Positions 1 through 15,086 of a stretch of 64,000 nucleotides of DNA are shown piece by piece. Position 1 is the first letter of the stretch. Every line of letters starts with the position of its first letter. The stretch spans positions 98,456,001 through 98,520,000 of the forward strand of contig OX597822.1 of NCBI GenBank assembly GCA_951406725.2, read 5' to 3'. The notes below the pieces were generated by a model, which saw only the letters and a program-made list of their open reading frames with translations, made no database searches and was not told where the DNA came from. Position numbers and translations under genes: made by a program. The DNA is from Octopus vulgaris. Lineage: Eukaryota.

Positions 1-1167
1 TGCTCTGAAACCATAACAGAATAGAAGAACGCAAAAGTTAACAATTACACGGTGCAGCTGAAAGGAGAGAACAAAGTAACACACCCGGCATCAAACATAC
101 CTGTATTACCGAAGGGGCTGGTTTAAAAAATTAATCAGTTTCATAAAATATGATGCACCACACTAAATGTTTATAAAATTATGATGCACCACACTTAATG
201 TTTTCTTTCGGTAATGATGGTTAGACAGCAATGTTACGTGCATCAAAGCAGTACGTGGATTTCTTTGGTACACGACCATCTTAACAAATTGCAGACGGAA
301 CTATGACCTAATATAATTCTAAAATGAAGCCACCAGCCAGAAATATGCAATTTGCTGCCTTATTAAAGCGATAAAGAAAACATTAAAATTATGTAAGCAT
401 AACCAAAACCAATTGCTGAAATCATGTACAGATGAGTAGCGGATGAATGTCGAAATCATATGCAGAACCATTTCAGAATATCCTGAGAGTTGGAATGCTG
501 GGTGCTTTGGAAAGATATATTTCTTTGTTAATTTTACAATAAATTCAAATTGGAAAGATATTAAGCCGATTCTATTCTCAAACAAAATGTGAAGAAAATA
601 AATAATAATAAAAGGCCTCAGGAAATACCAGTTTTGCTTTAGGCCATGCCCACCTGGTATTCAAAAATAAAGTTAATTGACGCGCATGTATAGTTCCTTC
701 TATTATCAAAATAGAAATAATATCAGATTTTCTTTTGTGTATTGAGAAATGATTGTACTGGGACAGAAAATACCCCAGTACAATATGGAAGGTATTCTCA
801 ATATGAATAAAGTCATTTTCATTGCACAGAGCATTTTCTTTTCATTTTTTCAAATCATAGGAAACTTTATTTCTGAAAATACACTTTTATTTAATTAATA
901 TTTTGATAAACCTACGTTCTAGAACTCCAATGAAAAAAATGATGTGAAAAATTTTAAACCGTATGTTTTACCTTGTAACCCCTAAAACCCCAAAGTCTTT
1001 AAAATATTCACCAAAGCTATATTTCTTCTATAAGAATCGATGAAACGTCTGTCATCAAATGTGAGAAGCGAAATAAATTGTTAACATAGTGAGGAACCAA
1101 AAACTAAGTAGAAAATTTACTATTCGAAAAGTTTGTAAATGTTAGTGACTGAACACCGTAATATATA

Positions 1168-1902
1168 ACAACCTGCGGTACTGAAAAGTTCCTGGCTTTG
1201 GGTAAAAGAAAATACAGGAGAAGCAGTTAATTATGACTATATTCAAAACTAGCAGTATCGCCCGGCGTTGCTCGGGTTTGTAAGGGAAATAACTATATAA
1301 GCATTTTTAGAGAGTTACTTCCCTTATAGATGCCAATTCGGGCTTTCTTATCCATTTCTGTTTTGGTGTCTTCAAGCCATGAAGTCGTTGTTCTAAAAGA
1401 ACGCTGGTCTCCTTCACAACGCATTACGACGTTGATTTCTTTACACTCCCTTCCCCACAGCTTCACGAGGGAGGGAAGATGGGGGAGAAGCAAACAGGTG
1501 CAGGTGTGACCATGGACGCCAGCTCCGCCGCCATCGACACACGAAAAATTATGCATTAAAATGGAATAAAAAATTATGTTAAATTATTTTTAAAATCGTA
1601 GACTCATCGTAGACGCGCGTTAATACTCAGACGGGCTCGATATGAATCACGACTATAAGATACCCGAATTTGGTTAAACTGCACCGCAAAATGTGGGAGG
1701 AGTTAGGAATCTAAATCGAAGGGGACAGACACTCACACAACTACAGTTTTATATATATAGATATTCCGTTCTCTGATTCACACACTTATTACAGCAGTCC
1801 TTCGGTTTTTCTAAGACCTATAAAAGAGCGAGGAAGCTTGGGACTCCAACCAGGCCTTTCAGAATACATTTAAAGCCAGAACCTTCTTAGCACACCCACG
1901 TA
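1168..1902. mobile_element. Decayed mariner-type MITE interrupted by a Helitron
   Basis: Degenerate inverted ends ctgaaaagttcctggcttt (~1181-1199) and aaagccagaaccttcttagcac...cgta (~1872-1902); the Helitron at 1249-1761 sits inside. Confidence 0.5.
1249..1761 (-). mobile_element. Non-autonomous Helitron
   Basis: Minus strand begins TC(tatatatataaaa) and ends with hairpin cccgagcaacgccggg followed by CTAG; inserted in an A|T site with no TSD. Confidence 0.85.
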
Positions 1903-2042
1903 TTTATTAAAAGGTTCTGAATGTCATTTCAAGAAATGAACGAATTCAAAAAATAAAAATAACTTCCCGTGTAACTGCGAAACTTAGATATATGTTTAAC
2001 GTGTATATGTTTTTAAGAACATTTAATTTTTTTATATAGATA

Positions 2043-2442
2043 CTAGCAGTATCGCCCGGCGTTGCTCGGGTTTGTAAGGGAAATAACTATATAAGCATTT
2101 TTTAGAGAGTTATAGCCTAGAAATAGCAAAGAAATGCATTAAAAATGGAAAAAAAATGATGGTAAATTTTTTTTTAAATCGTTGACTCATCGTAGACATT
2201 TTTAGAGAGTTACTTCCCTTATATAATAGCGAAGAAAATGCATTAAAATGGAAAAAAATGATGGTAATTTTTTTTTTAAATCGTAGACTCATCGTAGACG
2301 CGCGCTAATACCCAGAAGGGCTCGATATGGATCACGACTATAAGATACCCGGTTTTGGTTAAACTGCACCGCAAAATGTGGGAGTAGTTAGGAATCTAAA
2401 TCGTAGGAGACAGACACACAACTTGACTTTTATATATAGAGA
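2043..2442 (-). mobile_element. Non-autonomous Helitron, same family as 1249-1761
   Basis: Identical 3' ~65 nt (hairpin + CTAG), similar 5' part, TC start, internal ~100-nt duplication. Confidence 0.85.
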
Positions 2443-2667
2443 TATTCTCGAATGATATATGGTATTTTATTTGCAATAATTTTAGGAAGTGTAGACCAAG
2501 AATATATCGCCAATGGTGATCAAATCTTGTATGTGCCTGAGGGATATAGCAGTCCTAATTATCACGCTAAAGCTGCCTGACAGCCTCAATATGCTAAAAT
2601 TAGACCTACATTATTCTAACTAGTTAGGATACTCCTCACGTTTGTATGTATCTATGTGTTTGCGTGT

Positions 2668-2686
2668 ACATATATATATTAATACG

Positions 2687-2782
<96 letters not shown>

Positions 2783-2929
2783 AATGAATGTATACACACA
2801 CATACGCGCACGCACACACACACACACACACAGACACACATATGTATTTATGTAAACATATATGCTCATATACCTAAGTGTATAGAGACACACGCATACA
2901 CATACACACACACACAAGATAGATATGGG

Positions 2930-2989
<60 letters not shown>
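2668..2989. repeat. Compound (TA)n/(CA)n microsatellite
   Basis: Direct inspection; explains the YIYI/THTH ORFs. Confidence 0.95.
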
Positions 2990-2993
<4 letters not shown>

Positions 2994-5714
2994 ATACCAT
3001 TGGTATGTATTAGAAGAAAGAAAGAATGCTTCAGGGAATATTAGTGTAAGGAAATGCGAAAATATAATGAAAAAGTGAGTGAAATTCATATCTGAAATCT
3101 TTAGAAGCCAATATTTTCAAGAAAAGATATTCCCATTGTTGACTTAAGATATATTTATCGACACGGCTCATTTTATTATCGTCAGAGCGTTATTTAAATG
3201 GGGTTATTCACAACTAAATTCACAACACTTTCTTGTCGATATTACCTATCATACTAACAGGCTCGATAAAATTAAGAGTTGATGACCTGTTAGATATAAT
3301 CAACCATATCTATTTCAAAATTTAAGATTTGCTTTTCATAGTTTAGAAACCAATAAACATAGATATATTGTATTCCTATGTTGTCGTTATTTATTCTGTG
3401 TAACAAAGCTGACGTGAGGATGTGTACGTGGTTTCTTGACTTTCTAGAAATAATTACTGAATCTCTTTCATATTTCACTGTACTGTCTTAAAAGAAGGAG
3501 TTTTAGCGTAGTTCAGATTGCACTAAATCTGACAGACAATGATGTGTTTGGCCCATTTTCAATCAGGTCTGTACTGTTGTTATACCCTTATAAGAATATA
3601 AACTATTGGCCTGAATAGTTTTCAAAAGATATTCTTCGTGAATGAAAAAGAAAATATTTATAAGGACTGCACTGAAGAACAGTATGATTAGATTTTGACG
3701 TTAAACTAAAGGACTGATTTAGACCACCACTCAAAAATAGGTTCTGTCGATGTATAGTGTTTGTAATACCAAATAATAAAGGCTACGCAAATCTGTACCA
3801 CTCTGGCGAGGTTCAGTTCAAATCGAAATACATATAGAGAGTTTGAATTAGTTCGGTTTGATTCAAGCCCTGCCAAGATCGATTTGTTTTAGATCATTGG
3901 GTCATAGTATTCCCTTTCTTAAATTTATACCGAATTTTCAAGCTAGAAGGTGGTTATTTTCGTTTTTAACGAGATTTTATACAGTTGTTTTTATCAAATT
4001 TCACTCTCAAAGATTGAATGAATCCCAAGATAGGGTAACAGGTATTTGTCCCAAGTTCTGCTCCGTAGGGCCTAACTTCGAATAAAGTGGTTGACAAGTT
4101 AATTTTCCGACCGAAACAGGCAACAAAAACTTGGGCAATAACATTTTAAATATGTCTAATAAGTACTAAATACAAGTTATCAGGAGTTATAGACATTGGA
4201 GGATTTTCACAAATCGTAACATGAAGATCCAGCAGTATATGTAGAATGGAATAGTTTGGTAAAATAACTGTATGAAAAGTTTAGCTTGATATAAGCTTAT
4301 TTCTTAATCTAGTATACTTTAACATTTTGCAGTTTCTAGCTCTGAAGAAAGTTACTGTACCTTATAAATGTCGCTGCTCCAGTTGGGGAAAAACACGAAA
4401 ATCGCATCATGTCCTTCACCATTCCAAAACTAAAGGGTCTCTGCAGTTAATGAAATGAAGCCAAAAAACGCCTATGGTTTATTGAATTCCTTAGCGAGTA
4501 TATCATAATAGGGATGATGTACCAATCACCGATTGAAATGACTCCATTTTACTGACGGAAAACGTATTTGTATATAGGACATAAATGTTTCCCTTCAGTG
4601 TTGAAAACTTGTTGATTAATTAAAAGAGCAGTGGGGAGGAATATGCTGCTGTATAATGTTGAATAATAGCATGGGGACAATGAAAAATAGCCAGCATTTG
4701 CATTCGCTTGCTGTTTTCGATTCTCGATTGATGGAAACAATCTTTAGTTAAACTGCAAATGGAAACAGGAACATCATAGCTTCATTATTCTCTATTCTTC
4801 TTTATCAAAAATTTAGTGTTTTGGTAACATACCAAAAGACATAATTACACATTGAATTCTTCTGCAAAGAACTATTTGTTTCTTACAGAATTTTGTTAAA
4901 TAACACCTGATTTTTATAACATCAATTTTAAGTTCATGTTGACCATAAATCTCAAAATTTGACAACTACATTTCATGTCTATTGAATAAGTTATTCCTTC
5001 GACAGAAGAACTATTTGTGGTAAAATCAGCCAGTAAAATTACTTTGGCAAACTTCGTTCTGTATCTGGCAATGCTATCAGATTTTATTACAAGGGAAAAT
5101 TCCATAAATTTCCCTAAATATATATTTGTTTGGAAGTTTCACAATGGAGAAAGATTATTTTTGTTTTTAATGACTTATTGATTTTCTTTCCAAATTCCGA
5201 AGCAATTCTGATTTGTTCTCTCATTTAATGGTTCATCGAAATAGGCTCATGTATGCTATAATCATTAGAATGTAAGACAATTTGACTCATAATTTTTACT
5301 TAGGACCCTCTTTTTTACTTCCTAATTGCTGAGATCGATTTTATTTCGCAGTCTTCGGGGTAGATACAAGTATCAGAGCAACAGTACGATGGCTCCAAAA
5401 CACATGCTCTTGTATTAGCTCCCGTTAGGAAAAAAAAAACATTCCCTTTCAGCATTCTGTGGTCTGTAAAATCAATGCCAGTTACGAACAGTGATTGAAA
5501 AACGGGCTGTACTTAATCCATTTTAACAAATCAATGTACCTTATCACTTGTTTTCCTCGTTATAAATAATCATAGAACATTAGCTAGAGGAAATTATTAA
5601 GAGAATTTATAATAATATATATGGCTATAAGGGCCTGGAAGCTGAAGAGGAGAAAATTCTGTAAGCATAAACTTTCACTCACACGCACACACTCTCTCTC
5701 ATTCTCTCTCTCCA

Positions 5715-5735
5715 TATATACATACATATATGCAT

Positions 5736-5828
<93 letters not shown>

Positions 5829-5830
5829 CA

Positions 5831-5891
<61 letters not shown>

Positions 5892-5925
5892 CCGAAACCC
5901 CACCACCACCACCACCACCACATAC
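5715..5925. repeat. Compound (CA)n/(TA)n/(TACA)n/(CCA)n microsatellite
   Basis: Direct inspection. Confidence 0.95.
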
Positions 5926-5929
5926 ATAT

Positions 5930-6178
5930 GCCAGGTGTTGCTGTATGATAAGAATTTTGCTTCCAAATCACATGATTCCAGCGTGGCACCCCGCGAAGTG
6001 TCTTCTATAGTCTCTAGCCGAGCAAAGCCTTGTAAGTGAATTGGGCAGAGGAAAACTGAAAGAAGCCCGTCGTATATATAGATATGCATATATCTATGTG
6101 TGTGCGTGTTTGTGTCTGCGCTCCCCACCGGGTGACAACCGGTGTTTGTATTGTTACGTCCTCATCACTTAGCGGTAT
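5930..6178 (+). mobile_element. Degenerate SINE family A copy
   Basis: Matches the reverse complement of 14669-15086 (aagtgtcttctatag...ggaaaactgaaagaagcccgtcgtata...cacttagcgg). Confidence 0.7.
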
Positions 6179-6359
6179 CATGTGTTGGTAGGATACTGCA
6201 GATATGTAGATATATAAGTACTAAAACAATTTCAACCGTCGATCCAATTCAGAACGTAGGCTCGATACGTGTTGTTGTTCATACATACATATACATAATA
6301 CATACATACATATATATACATACATACATATATATATACATACATACGCACACACACAT

Positions 6360-6392
<33 letters not shown>

Positions 6393-6943
6393 GTCTTATC
6401 TATTTTGAATATATCGCTCCCGTTTAAAACTTCTTACCTGCTTGACAATTACTTTCCAAGCTCTGCCTTGAAGGAAGCTTTACTTCTTGGACTCACGTTT
6501 TTGTGCGCAACGATGTTGTTAAACCTCCGTTAACAGCACCGTATGCAGGTCGTTCTGTTTTCTTTCACGCATGGATAAAGTTTTCACTATATACCTTTGT
6601 GGTGGTATAGATACTATATTAGTGGTTAGACTAAAAAAGCCTTCATAGAGAAAATTGTCCCTGTTCCCACTGCAGACGACACACACACAGCATTACAAAT
6701 ACCGCCCGAACACTCATCTTCACATTCCATGACTACCATTGGGATCGATCAGGTACCGGACAAGGATTCTGGATTAATTTCTCGGTCTTTTTTAGTTAAT
6801 ATTTGAGAGCGGTCGGGTTCATTTTAGTATTCTCGTTTGTGGGAGCAGTCGAGTTAATTTCAGATATTCTCCTTTTAAAAATCATCTCCGGCTAATCGCT
6901 GAGAGGACTTTGGTGTTGCTTTGGCGGAGATTTGCGCTCTCTG

Positions 6944-7142
6944 CTTCTTCTCCTTCTTCTTCTTCTTCTTCTTCTTCTTCTTCTTCTTCTTCTTCTTCTT
7001 CTTCTTCTTCTTCTTCTTCTTCTTCTTCTTCTTCTTCTTCTTCTTCTTCTTCTTCTTCTTCCTCTTCCTCTTCTTCTTCTTCTTCTTCTCCTTCTTCTTC
7101 TCCTTCTTCTTCTTCTTTTTCTCTTCCTCCTCCTTCTTCTTA

Positions 7143-7184
<42 letters not shown>

Positions 7185-7200
7185 GTAGTAGTAGTAGTAA

Positions 7201-7242
<42 letters not shown>
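6944..7242. repeat. Compound (CTT)n-(ATT)n-(AGT)n trinucleotide array
   Basis: Direct inspection. Confidence 0.95.
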
Positions 7243-7247
<5 letters not shown>

Positions 7248-8879
7248 ATGACCCAATATGAGGAGTATAGAACAAAAAATTCCCTGTAATATATGATTAT
7301 GTCTCTTTTTTCTTCTCCGATCTTTGCTCGTCCCTCATGAATTCCCTGCAGGTGGACAATTGCAACTGCTTAAGTAGAAAACTGAAATCCTGGTGAACCG
7401 GGGGAGGCTCTGGTAACTTCTTATTCGTTCAGACACAGCAAAGTAAGAATTAAAAAAAACTCTGAATTCGACAAATTAATACAAGACATATAACAGCGAC
7501 GTGAGTGTCCTCACTCACGAAAGATTTATGGGTCCATACCATGTTAGAAATAATAATTATCTTTATTCAGTCTTTTCATGGGAAATATTTCTTTCATAAA
7601 ACGCAAATCAGTGAAATACTGTATACGTGCTTCAAAGACCTTTACATTGAATTTTCGATGTTGTGGTGTTGAAGTCGATACAATGATGAATTGCTCGCTA
7701 AATATCTTTACAAATTACTTTTGTCAGTGTATTCGTACGACTATGCTGAACATAACCTTATGTTAGTGCAAACATTACATTGCAATAGAATAGAAAACGA
7801 CGATTCTTAATACTACTCAGCATTAATGGTGTCATGAAATTTCACAGTAACTGCGTAAAGTTTTCTCTTCTTTCTCTATGATTTAAAAGAATTTCTCAGT
7901 ATTTCTGAATGATCTTATATATCACAGATATCTTAGCAACAAAGTTCTTAAGTACACCAGAAAATAATAACATAGTATCGCATACATGTTTCATTGCTTG
8001 TTTAAACATTCTGTGTACGTTTAAGGAGAAATGAGTTTTGCAATATTTTATGAAAAATTCCAAAGTATTTACATTATTAAATCGCAATATTCTCGATTAT
8101 AAATATTCTTTTTTGAAATTTATTTCACAATATTATCCTAACAACCACGATAAGTAGCTATCAGCAAACAAAAGGAACATGGTATCTTAGTTTTGATTGA
8201 ATAAAATAATAAAATGAAATATACACCCTGATAGCCTCTGGTAACTGCTCAAATACCTGGATGAATGACATAGAATTTATTATATTCTGCATTTACTTGC
8301 ATGTCTTAGCACTTTGCTGTAGCTTTTTTCTCCGAAACACAAACGTACGAAAAGGTTTTGATTCTGTTTTGGTGCAAATGGCTTCTTACATCATTTGAAA
8401 GAAAAAAAAATAAGTATGAACATCACCTTGTCCTATTTTCTTTGCAGTTGTTGCCATGGCCATATGGTTAAAAGAATCGCTTCAAGAGTTCTGGTTCGAT
8501 TGAATTAGATATAATTTTAATGCCATCAACTGTTTTCACGTTGGTCAATACCTTGTGACTGAAATTAAGTAGACGGGAACTGCAGAGAAATCAATGAGAA
8601 ATACTTTACACTTTTAAAGCCAGCAAAATTGTTTCCCCTTACTACAACGATTGCTTTACATTCTGTGTGTTAAGAGAATGATATAATACATATAAGACTC
8701 AATACTATGGCCGACATGAACGACTGAAATCTTTGAATGTGATGCTCCAGTATCGTCATAGTCCAGAGTCTAAAACCTATAGAAGTTGCAGTTGCCAGTA
8801 GTGCAGTAGCATAACCGTAGTTTAATGAGTGAAACCAGTAGCGATAAACTTATTGATGATGTAGCTCTCAGTAAATAGC

Positions 8880-10670
8880 CATTGACAGAGTAAATCAATG
8901 CATACAACAGAAGCTATGTAGCATCTAGAAAATGTATAAAAAATATCAATTGGACTTTTAGATTAGTCAAGACGGGAGTATGACAAATAAAGGAGGAAAT
9001 GTTGTATTTGTATGGTAGTGTTTGAATGTTCCATGTTTGAATTTGGTTGGAGACCAGGATACTCTTAGAAATGGGGTAGTTTGTGGTGACGTAGAAGTAA
9101 ATAAACGGAGGTCGTGGGAAAACGTCTGTTGCTATGTTTTAATTCTAAATCCATCCGACCTACTGCAGAAGTTAATACAGCCATAACAAAACCATTGTGC
9201 TAGAGGTATTTACGACTACGTTATATAATATGATCGACCTTATAAAAGATACGCAGATATTAGTTAAAACAGATTAGGTTGCTATTTCTAGCTGGTAAAC
9301 TGCAACATATATGTTCCCTCATTGACTATTAATATGTTGTAACGGGATGGTCGATGTAAGGTTTTACATAACGGAATTCGATCCGTTGATTTAAGCACGT
9401 GTATGTCTGGCAGAAGTGTATACGTTATGCTGCCATGAAGATGACGAATATAAATGTCTACGTGTGAACGAGGATAATCATGTTTAATGAAGTAAGCATT
9501 ATTGAGGTTGATAGAGAGAAACTTTTCCTTTTCTTTATTTAATAGTTTGGGTTTAATGAAGAGGCTGTACCAATGGCATTAAAAGGTCGACTGAGCCAGA
9601 CGATTGTCGAAGTTGATGCTCTTTTTGACCAAATGAAGAAAACGTTCACAAAGCTCAAAAATCAGGCACGTGAAAACTTCTACACGGCTGAACTTCTCCT
9701 CTTCTCATAGCACACGAATTTAGGGGACTGTGTGAGCCGTTGAGAAGATGTATCATCTATGACTGGTAGAGGAAAGGCAATTAAGACTGGTAGTTCTGGA
9801 TAAAGAAGGTACTGGAGTAGAATCTGTTCTAGTATCAGTACAAGAAGAGTGGAACGGATTTCAAGAATTTAGAGTCACCCCGGTTCGGAAGAATTATTTT
9901 ATTAACGATATGAAAAATAGCTTAGAGTAGCGGAAATAGTCTTTCATAAGGCAATTACAAATGGATATGATAGGATGATTAGACGCACGCTAATAATATT
10001 TCTTGCTACTTTATTTGACATTATGAAATATTGTAGAAGTGACAAATATTCATTGTTGATACAATCATAGCAAAATATTGTGACTCTTATCTGTGAAGAT
10101 AACTGCTAGTTTTTAACATAAGAAGCTTTAAAACCGAGTAATTTGCAAACTGTACTCACTTTGCAAAGTTCCAAGAACTTGACAATAAATGATTTTTAAC
10201 TATTATCAAGTTGGATGACTATAGTTCTGAGAAAAACTAATAGGATGTCTCATTTCTAATTTGTAATGTAAATCAAAAGGTATTCCTCATGATTGCAAGA
10301 AAGCATGCCCAAAGCGAAGATTGCTGGTAGTCGAGGTTTTAAAGAGGGAAGGTAGAGATTAGTGTTTATTGCGAAGTGTTGGTTGGGGGTAGACAAAATA
10401 TAGATGATTAGAGGAGAAACGAGTAAAGTATGCTTTGTGCAGTTGGCCTGGTTTGATCCAGCACCGAGGAACAGAAGTTACACTGGAATCAGTGGGAAAA
10501 AGAAAAGTAAGTTCGGTATGCCAGTTATTGGCGCGTCAAGACCAGTCGATTTATAAACAAGGACGTTTTTGTACGTCTTTTCTTGAATTTGGTCTGCGAT
10601 GGTTGTATGTATAAGTAAAATCAGTGTCTTAGATGTGGACGTAATATTCCATTGTATCACTGTACAGAGT
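8880..10670 (-). mobile_element. Heavily decayed APE-type LINE (I/Jockey-like ORF2 remnants)
   Basis: Minus-strand motif scraps in the expected order: VIQWNI (~10660, APE start), LDYQQSSLWA (~10320, GDFNAH..WG-like), STF*CHWYSLFIK (~9570, AFD.VWH..L..KL-like), a QGS-like scrap (~9385); many stops. Confidence 0.5.
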
Positions 10671-11559
10671 TAATAAATGCTGGATGCTGAAATATTCTTT
10701 TATACTAAAGATAGATGCCAGTATTTTGGGTTGTGGTTATTATAAGATCGTTTGGAGAAATTATGAATTGTAAGAACAGAGATTTGTGGCAGTTTTCTTA
10801 GTTTCGTTTGTCTGTTTCTAAGAGTAAATGGGTGTTACATGATTTTGGCTTAGGGATGTTCCAAAGCAAGGTTGGAAGGTAGTCACAACAAAAATATGAA
10901 AACTAAGAGAAGGCTAAATAAGAGCAAACTGCAAACAAAATATATGCAAGCAAAGATATATTGTTCGGAAAATGTAAAATAAATATTTAGTGCTGATGAT
11001 AGACAACATTAATATAGAAAGCGCAAATGAAAGTAAATTGATGGTTATATTTTCGAACGCCATGTCTGCTAGAAACCTAAAGATCGTGAGCGAGCAAAGA
11101 TTGCATGGTTATTGTAGTTAGAGGTGGGGAATGAGGCTCATTATGAACTTCAAAGTAGTACACACTACTGTACATTGTTCCATTGTATTGGCTATCTGAA
11201 TTAGTGTGTGGAATAATAGAGTAATACCTGTATAAAACACTCTACAGTTATTCTTGAACACTACAAAATAGCAATCTTTATTATTTTCATAAGATATCAG
11301 TAGCACACAGTACGTAATTTCTAAAGTCATGTACCACACCTTCAGTATCACGTATCTCGTAGAATTCAACAGAATCTCATTAATGATTAAAACAAGAACT
11401 AATTTGTTGTTGCATCTCGGGAGAATGATTTTTGCCAATAAAAGCACACAAGTGGGATTTATATCGCTTCTTGTTATCATCAATCAACCAGTATTAAATA
11501 AGGAATTAGCTAATTGACTGAGTAATTCAATCAGAAATAATTTGCTTTCGGTTAATGTT

Positions 11560-11752
11560 GGCACAAGGCCAGCAATTTCGAGGAAGAGTGTAAGTCAATT
11601 ACATCGATTCCCAGTGGTGCTTGTTTTATCGACCCCAATATGTGAAAGACAAAGTCGATGACGGCAGAATTTGAATTCAGAACAGAAGGACGGACAACAT
11701 GCCGCTAAGAAATTTGCCCGGAATGCAAACGATTCTGCCAGCTTGTCGCCTT
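11560..11752 (-). mobile_element. SINE family B copy (diverged)
   Basis: Similar to 32525-32759 and to the reverse complement of 55541-55774. Confidence 0.75.
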
Positions 11753-11994
11753 GCTATCGGATAATTAAAAAAAAACACACAAAAATGACTATTTCTATGG
11801 AGATTGAGGGCATTTGTACGCTTGAAGGACACTAATCTATAGAAATCTAGAATTTGTACGAATAGAAAATGTTTGTGGAATGACTTAGATGTAAAATAAA
11901 AACAAAGTACAACCATTATACAGTAGAAGTAAAGCACTAAAAAATTAATTTTTGAATCAATATAACTGTGATAAGTACTTCAGTTTTATATATT

Positions 11995-13371
11995 TATATC
12001 TCTAAGCGGCAAAATGTCTGTGTATTTGTGTGTCTGTGTGTCCTTTATACAAATCACAGTTGTTCTCGTAACTGGTTCGCATTTTCTATGGGCTTTCAAA
12101 ACTGTCTGAGGGTGGTCGTGAAGATCTTTTCATTTCCCCAGTCACCCCAGAAATCCATTTAAAAAATCGATAAACCGACCCCTTATGCCCATAATTTATG
12201 GGCATATCCATTCAAAATCGCATAGAAATTTGTACGCGGTGCGTGCGTATAGCTAGATACACCAATAGACTGCCAGCTGATTTTTGATTGGACGGAGATA
12301 ATTTTACACTTGGCAGTTGAATGCGCGTGTGAATTTGCAGACAGTCTGTTTTTGTATTTTGCGAAGACGCGTTATCATGTGTTTTGGCTTTCAAACGTGC
12401 TCGCTTTTTTAATTTGTGAAATGTAGGGAATAACGAGTTAGGATCTCGAAAGCTTCGTTCTTCAATGATCTTTAATCCAATGAAGTCGTCCTCCTCCGAA
12501 ACAAACCCACCATGCACATCTCTACAGCCAATTTCCTCTACAGCCATGTAGGATGAGTTAGTGATAGATCGGAATTAAAAGCTGCCTTTTAGAGGCTCCC
12601 GACCCCCCTTCCGAAAGGTTAGTCTAGGTTTTAGTTGAAGGCTTAGTTATGTTCCGAACCTAAACTCCTTCGTTTCAGTAGATCGGGAGCACAATTAGCC
12701 TTCCGGTGAAAAGGCATACCTATTATTTATACCTTAGTTAACCTTGGTGTTTTACGTGCTTCTATGCGTCATGAACCTATAACTATTGACCTTACTGCGT
12801 TACTTGCTTCAATGCGTCATACTCAGAAAATCCCTTTGAATGCTGTTTTTTGTGCTCTAATTGCTCTGCCTTTTCGCCGGAATCAGCACTTTTCTTCCCG
12901 CTATTGCTATTCACTCATAGGACGAGGGGGTTGATGTCATAAGGGCTGGCATGTGCAACTTGATCACCTCTGCCAGTCAAACTCCCAATCCATACGTTCC
13001 CGTCGCGACACTGATTGCGCAGAACTGGGTTGGATGTGAAACCAAAACTCAACAAACGAGATTTATGTGTATTTTCAAAATCACGCTATTTTGCGACCAA
13101 ATTCGAGTTTTTCGCTTTCTTCTGCCTCCTTTTTTGTGCACAGTCCCGCTAATTTTCCATAATTATGCCGTTCCAGGTGTGAAAACCGAAGTCCAACGAA
13201 TATCAATTACTCTCATAAAAACCTCCAACTAGCTCGTAAACAACAAAACTGACCCGGGCTGAAATGTAATAAGAAACTTAGCTCTTGATTTACTGAGAAC
13301 TTTTTACTGCGACCCGGCAACGAACAACAAGCACTAGCACTAGACCCGGCAACGCCGGGTCATAGTGCTAG
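11995..13371 (+). mobile_element. Non-autonomous Helitron
   Basis: 3' hairpin gacccggcaacgccgggtc then CTAG|T at 13368-13372; 5' end resembles tc...aaaatgtctgtgt Helitron heads (exact start uncertain). Confidence 0.7.
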
Positions 13372-14276
13372 TTATTTATAACGGGGGTCAATGCCTTGCT
13401 TCACAGTATTGGGAGTGCGGTGTATGTAAGATGTATTGGGTAGGGCATAGGACTGAGATATCACCGTATGTAAGTTATATTGCATAGGGCATAGAATTCA
13501 GAGAGCCATGCATGTAAAATATAATATGTAGGGCATATACTGGATAGAGACATAAATTATAAAGGGTAGGGCAAAGAATGGGTTAAATTCTACAGTCAAG
13601 TTAATAGAAGAGTTAGTAATAAATGGGCGGAATGAATTACGCTACGTTTATTCCTACTTCAGGGATGTTCCAAATTGTGTTGTTTACGGATATTAAAGTT
13701 TGTTATAAAAGTGTTTATTATTCAAATCTTGTGTTTTTTATTACTGATTTCTCCTTTTTATATGTTATAATTTGTTTCTTATTATATTTATATATTTAGT
13801 TATGGACAATTATGGGGCAAGAAATGTAAAAAAAATATCTTACACAAATTTCCTTATAATAGATGTGATAATTATATCCGGAGGTAAATATAAGTGTACT
13901 TTTTGGAACAAATGTATTATTTTTATACCAGCGGCCTAAATCAATTTGCAAATTTGATTTGCAGATTATTGTTCTATTTTGTGAGATGCAAAGAATCCAA
14001 TTATTGTACGAATTATACTAGATTAGCTTATATAATTATATATCTATCTACTCCACAGAAACGTTCAGATTTGCAATTTGCCTATACACTCAACTGTATT
14101 TATATTTTGATACTTTCTAGTTTTCTTAGCGCATGTTCAAAAACAGAATTCAGGAGTAGCATTATTTCTTCCATTATGCATAGAAGTGTTTTATAATAGC
14201 TGCCAATATGTCTAAAGACATCTATATATGTATATGGACATGCACATGTGAGTGCGTGTGTGTATAAATCTGTATG

Positions 14277-14319
<43 letters not shown>

Positions 14320-14668
14320 GTGTGTGTGTATTGGGAATAATAAGGTTGTCAGAATATAGTTTATTTACAATTTTCGCACTTTCTTTCCTTATGGGGTTTA
14401 TCAAAAAAGTTGTTTATACTATGTTTACTTGGCCTACTTATATTTGAAAGGGATGAAGTTTTAGAAGGACAGAAAGAGGGAGAAGAGGGAGGGGAAAGAG
14501 AGAAATAAATTAGAAAGGAAGGTGCAGGGGTGAGAGAGGAGGAAAGAAGAGGGAGATTGTGAATAGAAAGAAAGTAGGAGTGGTTTGCGGAGGAAGGGGA
14601 GTGGCTTGAGAGGGATGAGGAGGAGTGGCTTTTCTCTCAGTGTGGTCAAACTTGCTTGATTCAATATA

Positions 14669-14883
14669 CTCTCTCTTTTTACTCTTTTACTTGTTTCAGT
14701 CATTTGACTGCGGCCATGCTGGAGCACCGCCTTTAGTCGAGCAAATCGACCCCGGGACTTATTCTTTGTAAGCCCAGTACTTATTCTATCGGTCTCTTTT
14801 TGCCGAACCGCTAAGTGACGGGGACGTAAACACACCAGCATCGGTTGTCAAGCAATGCTAGGGGGACAAACACAGACACACAA

Positions 14884-14914
<31 letters not shown>

Positions 14915-15086
14915 CATACATACGACCGACTTCTTTCAGTTTCCGTCTACCAAATCCACTCACAAGGCTGTGGTCGGCCCGAAGCTATAGTAGAAGACAT
15001 TTGCCCAAGATGCCACGCAGTGAGACTGAACCCGGAACCATGTAGTTCATAAGCAACCTACTTACCACACAGCCACTCCTGCGCCT
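14669..15086 (-). mobile_element. tRNA-derived SINE family A, full length
   Basis: Head aggcgcaggagtggctgtgtggtaag...ccgggttcagtc (A/B-box-like), internal (TG/TA) tract, (gtaaaaga)n tail; several copies in window. Confidence 0.9.

Noticed and set aside
1-850. Possible decayed 7TM/transporter coding sequence on minus (IAYFWLVASF, TGIS*GLLLL)
   Set aside because: Hydrophobic scraps lie in different frames with many stops; cannot be told from AT-rich noise without a profile search.
4440-5440. Possible adhesion-GPCR-like pseudogene on minus (CCSDTCIYPEDC, VIGTSSLL)
   Set aside because: Only loose motif resemblance and no continuous frame.
2620-7289. Long YIYI, THTH, poly-S/L/F/R ORFs here and throughout the window
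   Set aside because: They are translations of stop-free microsatellites.
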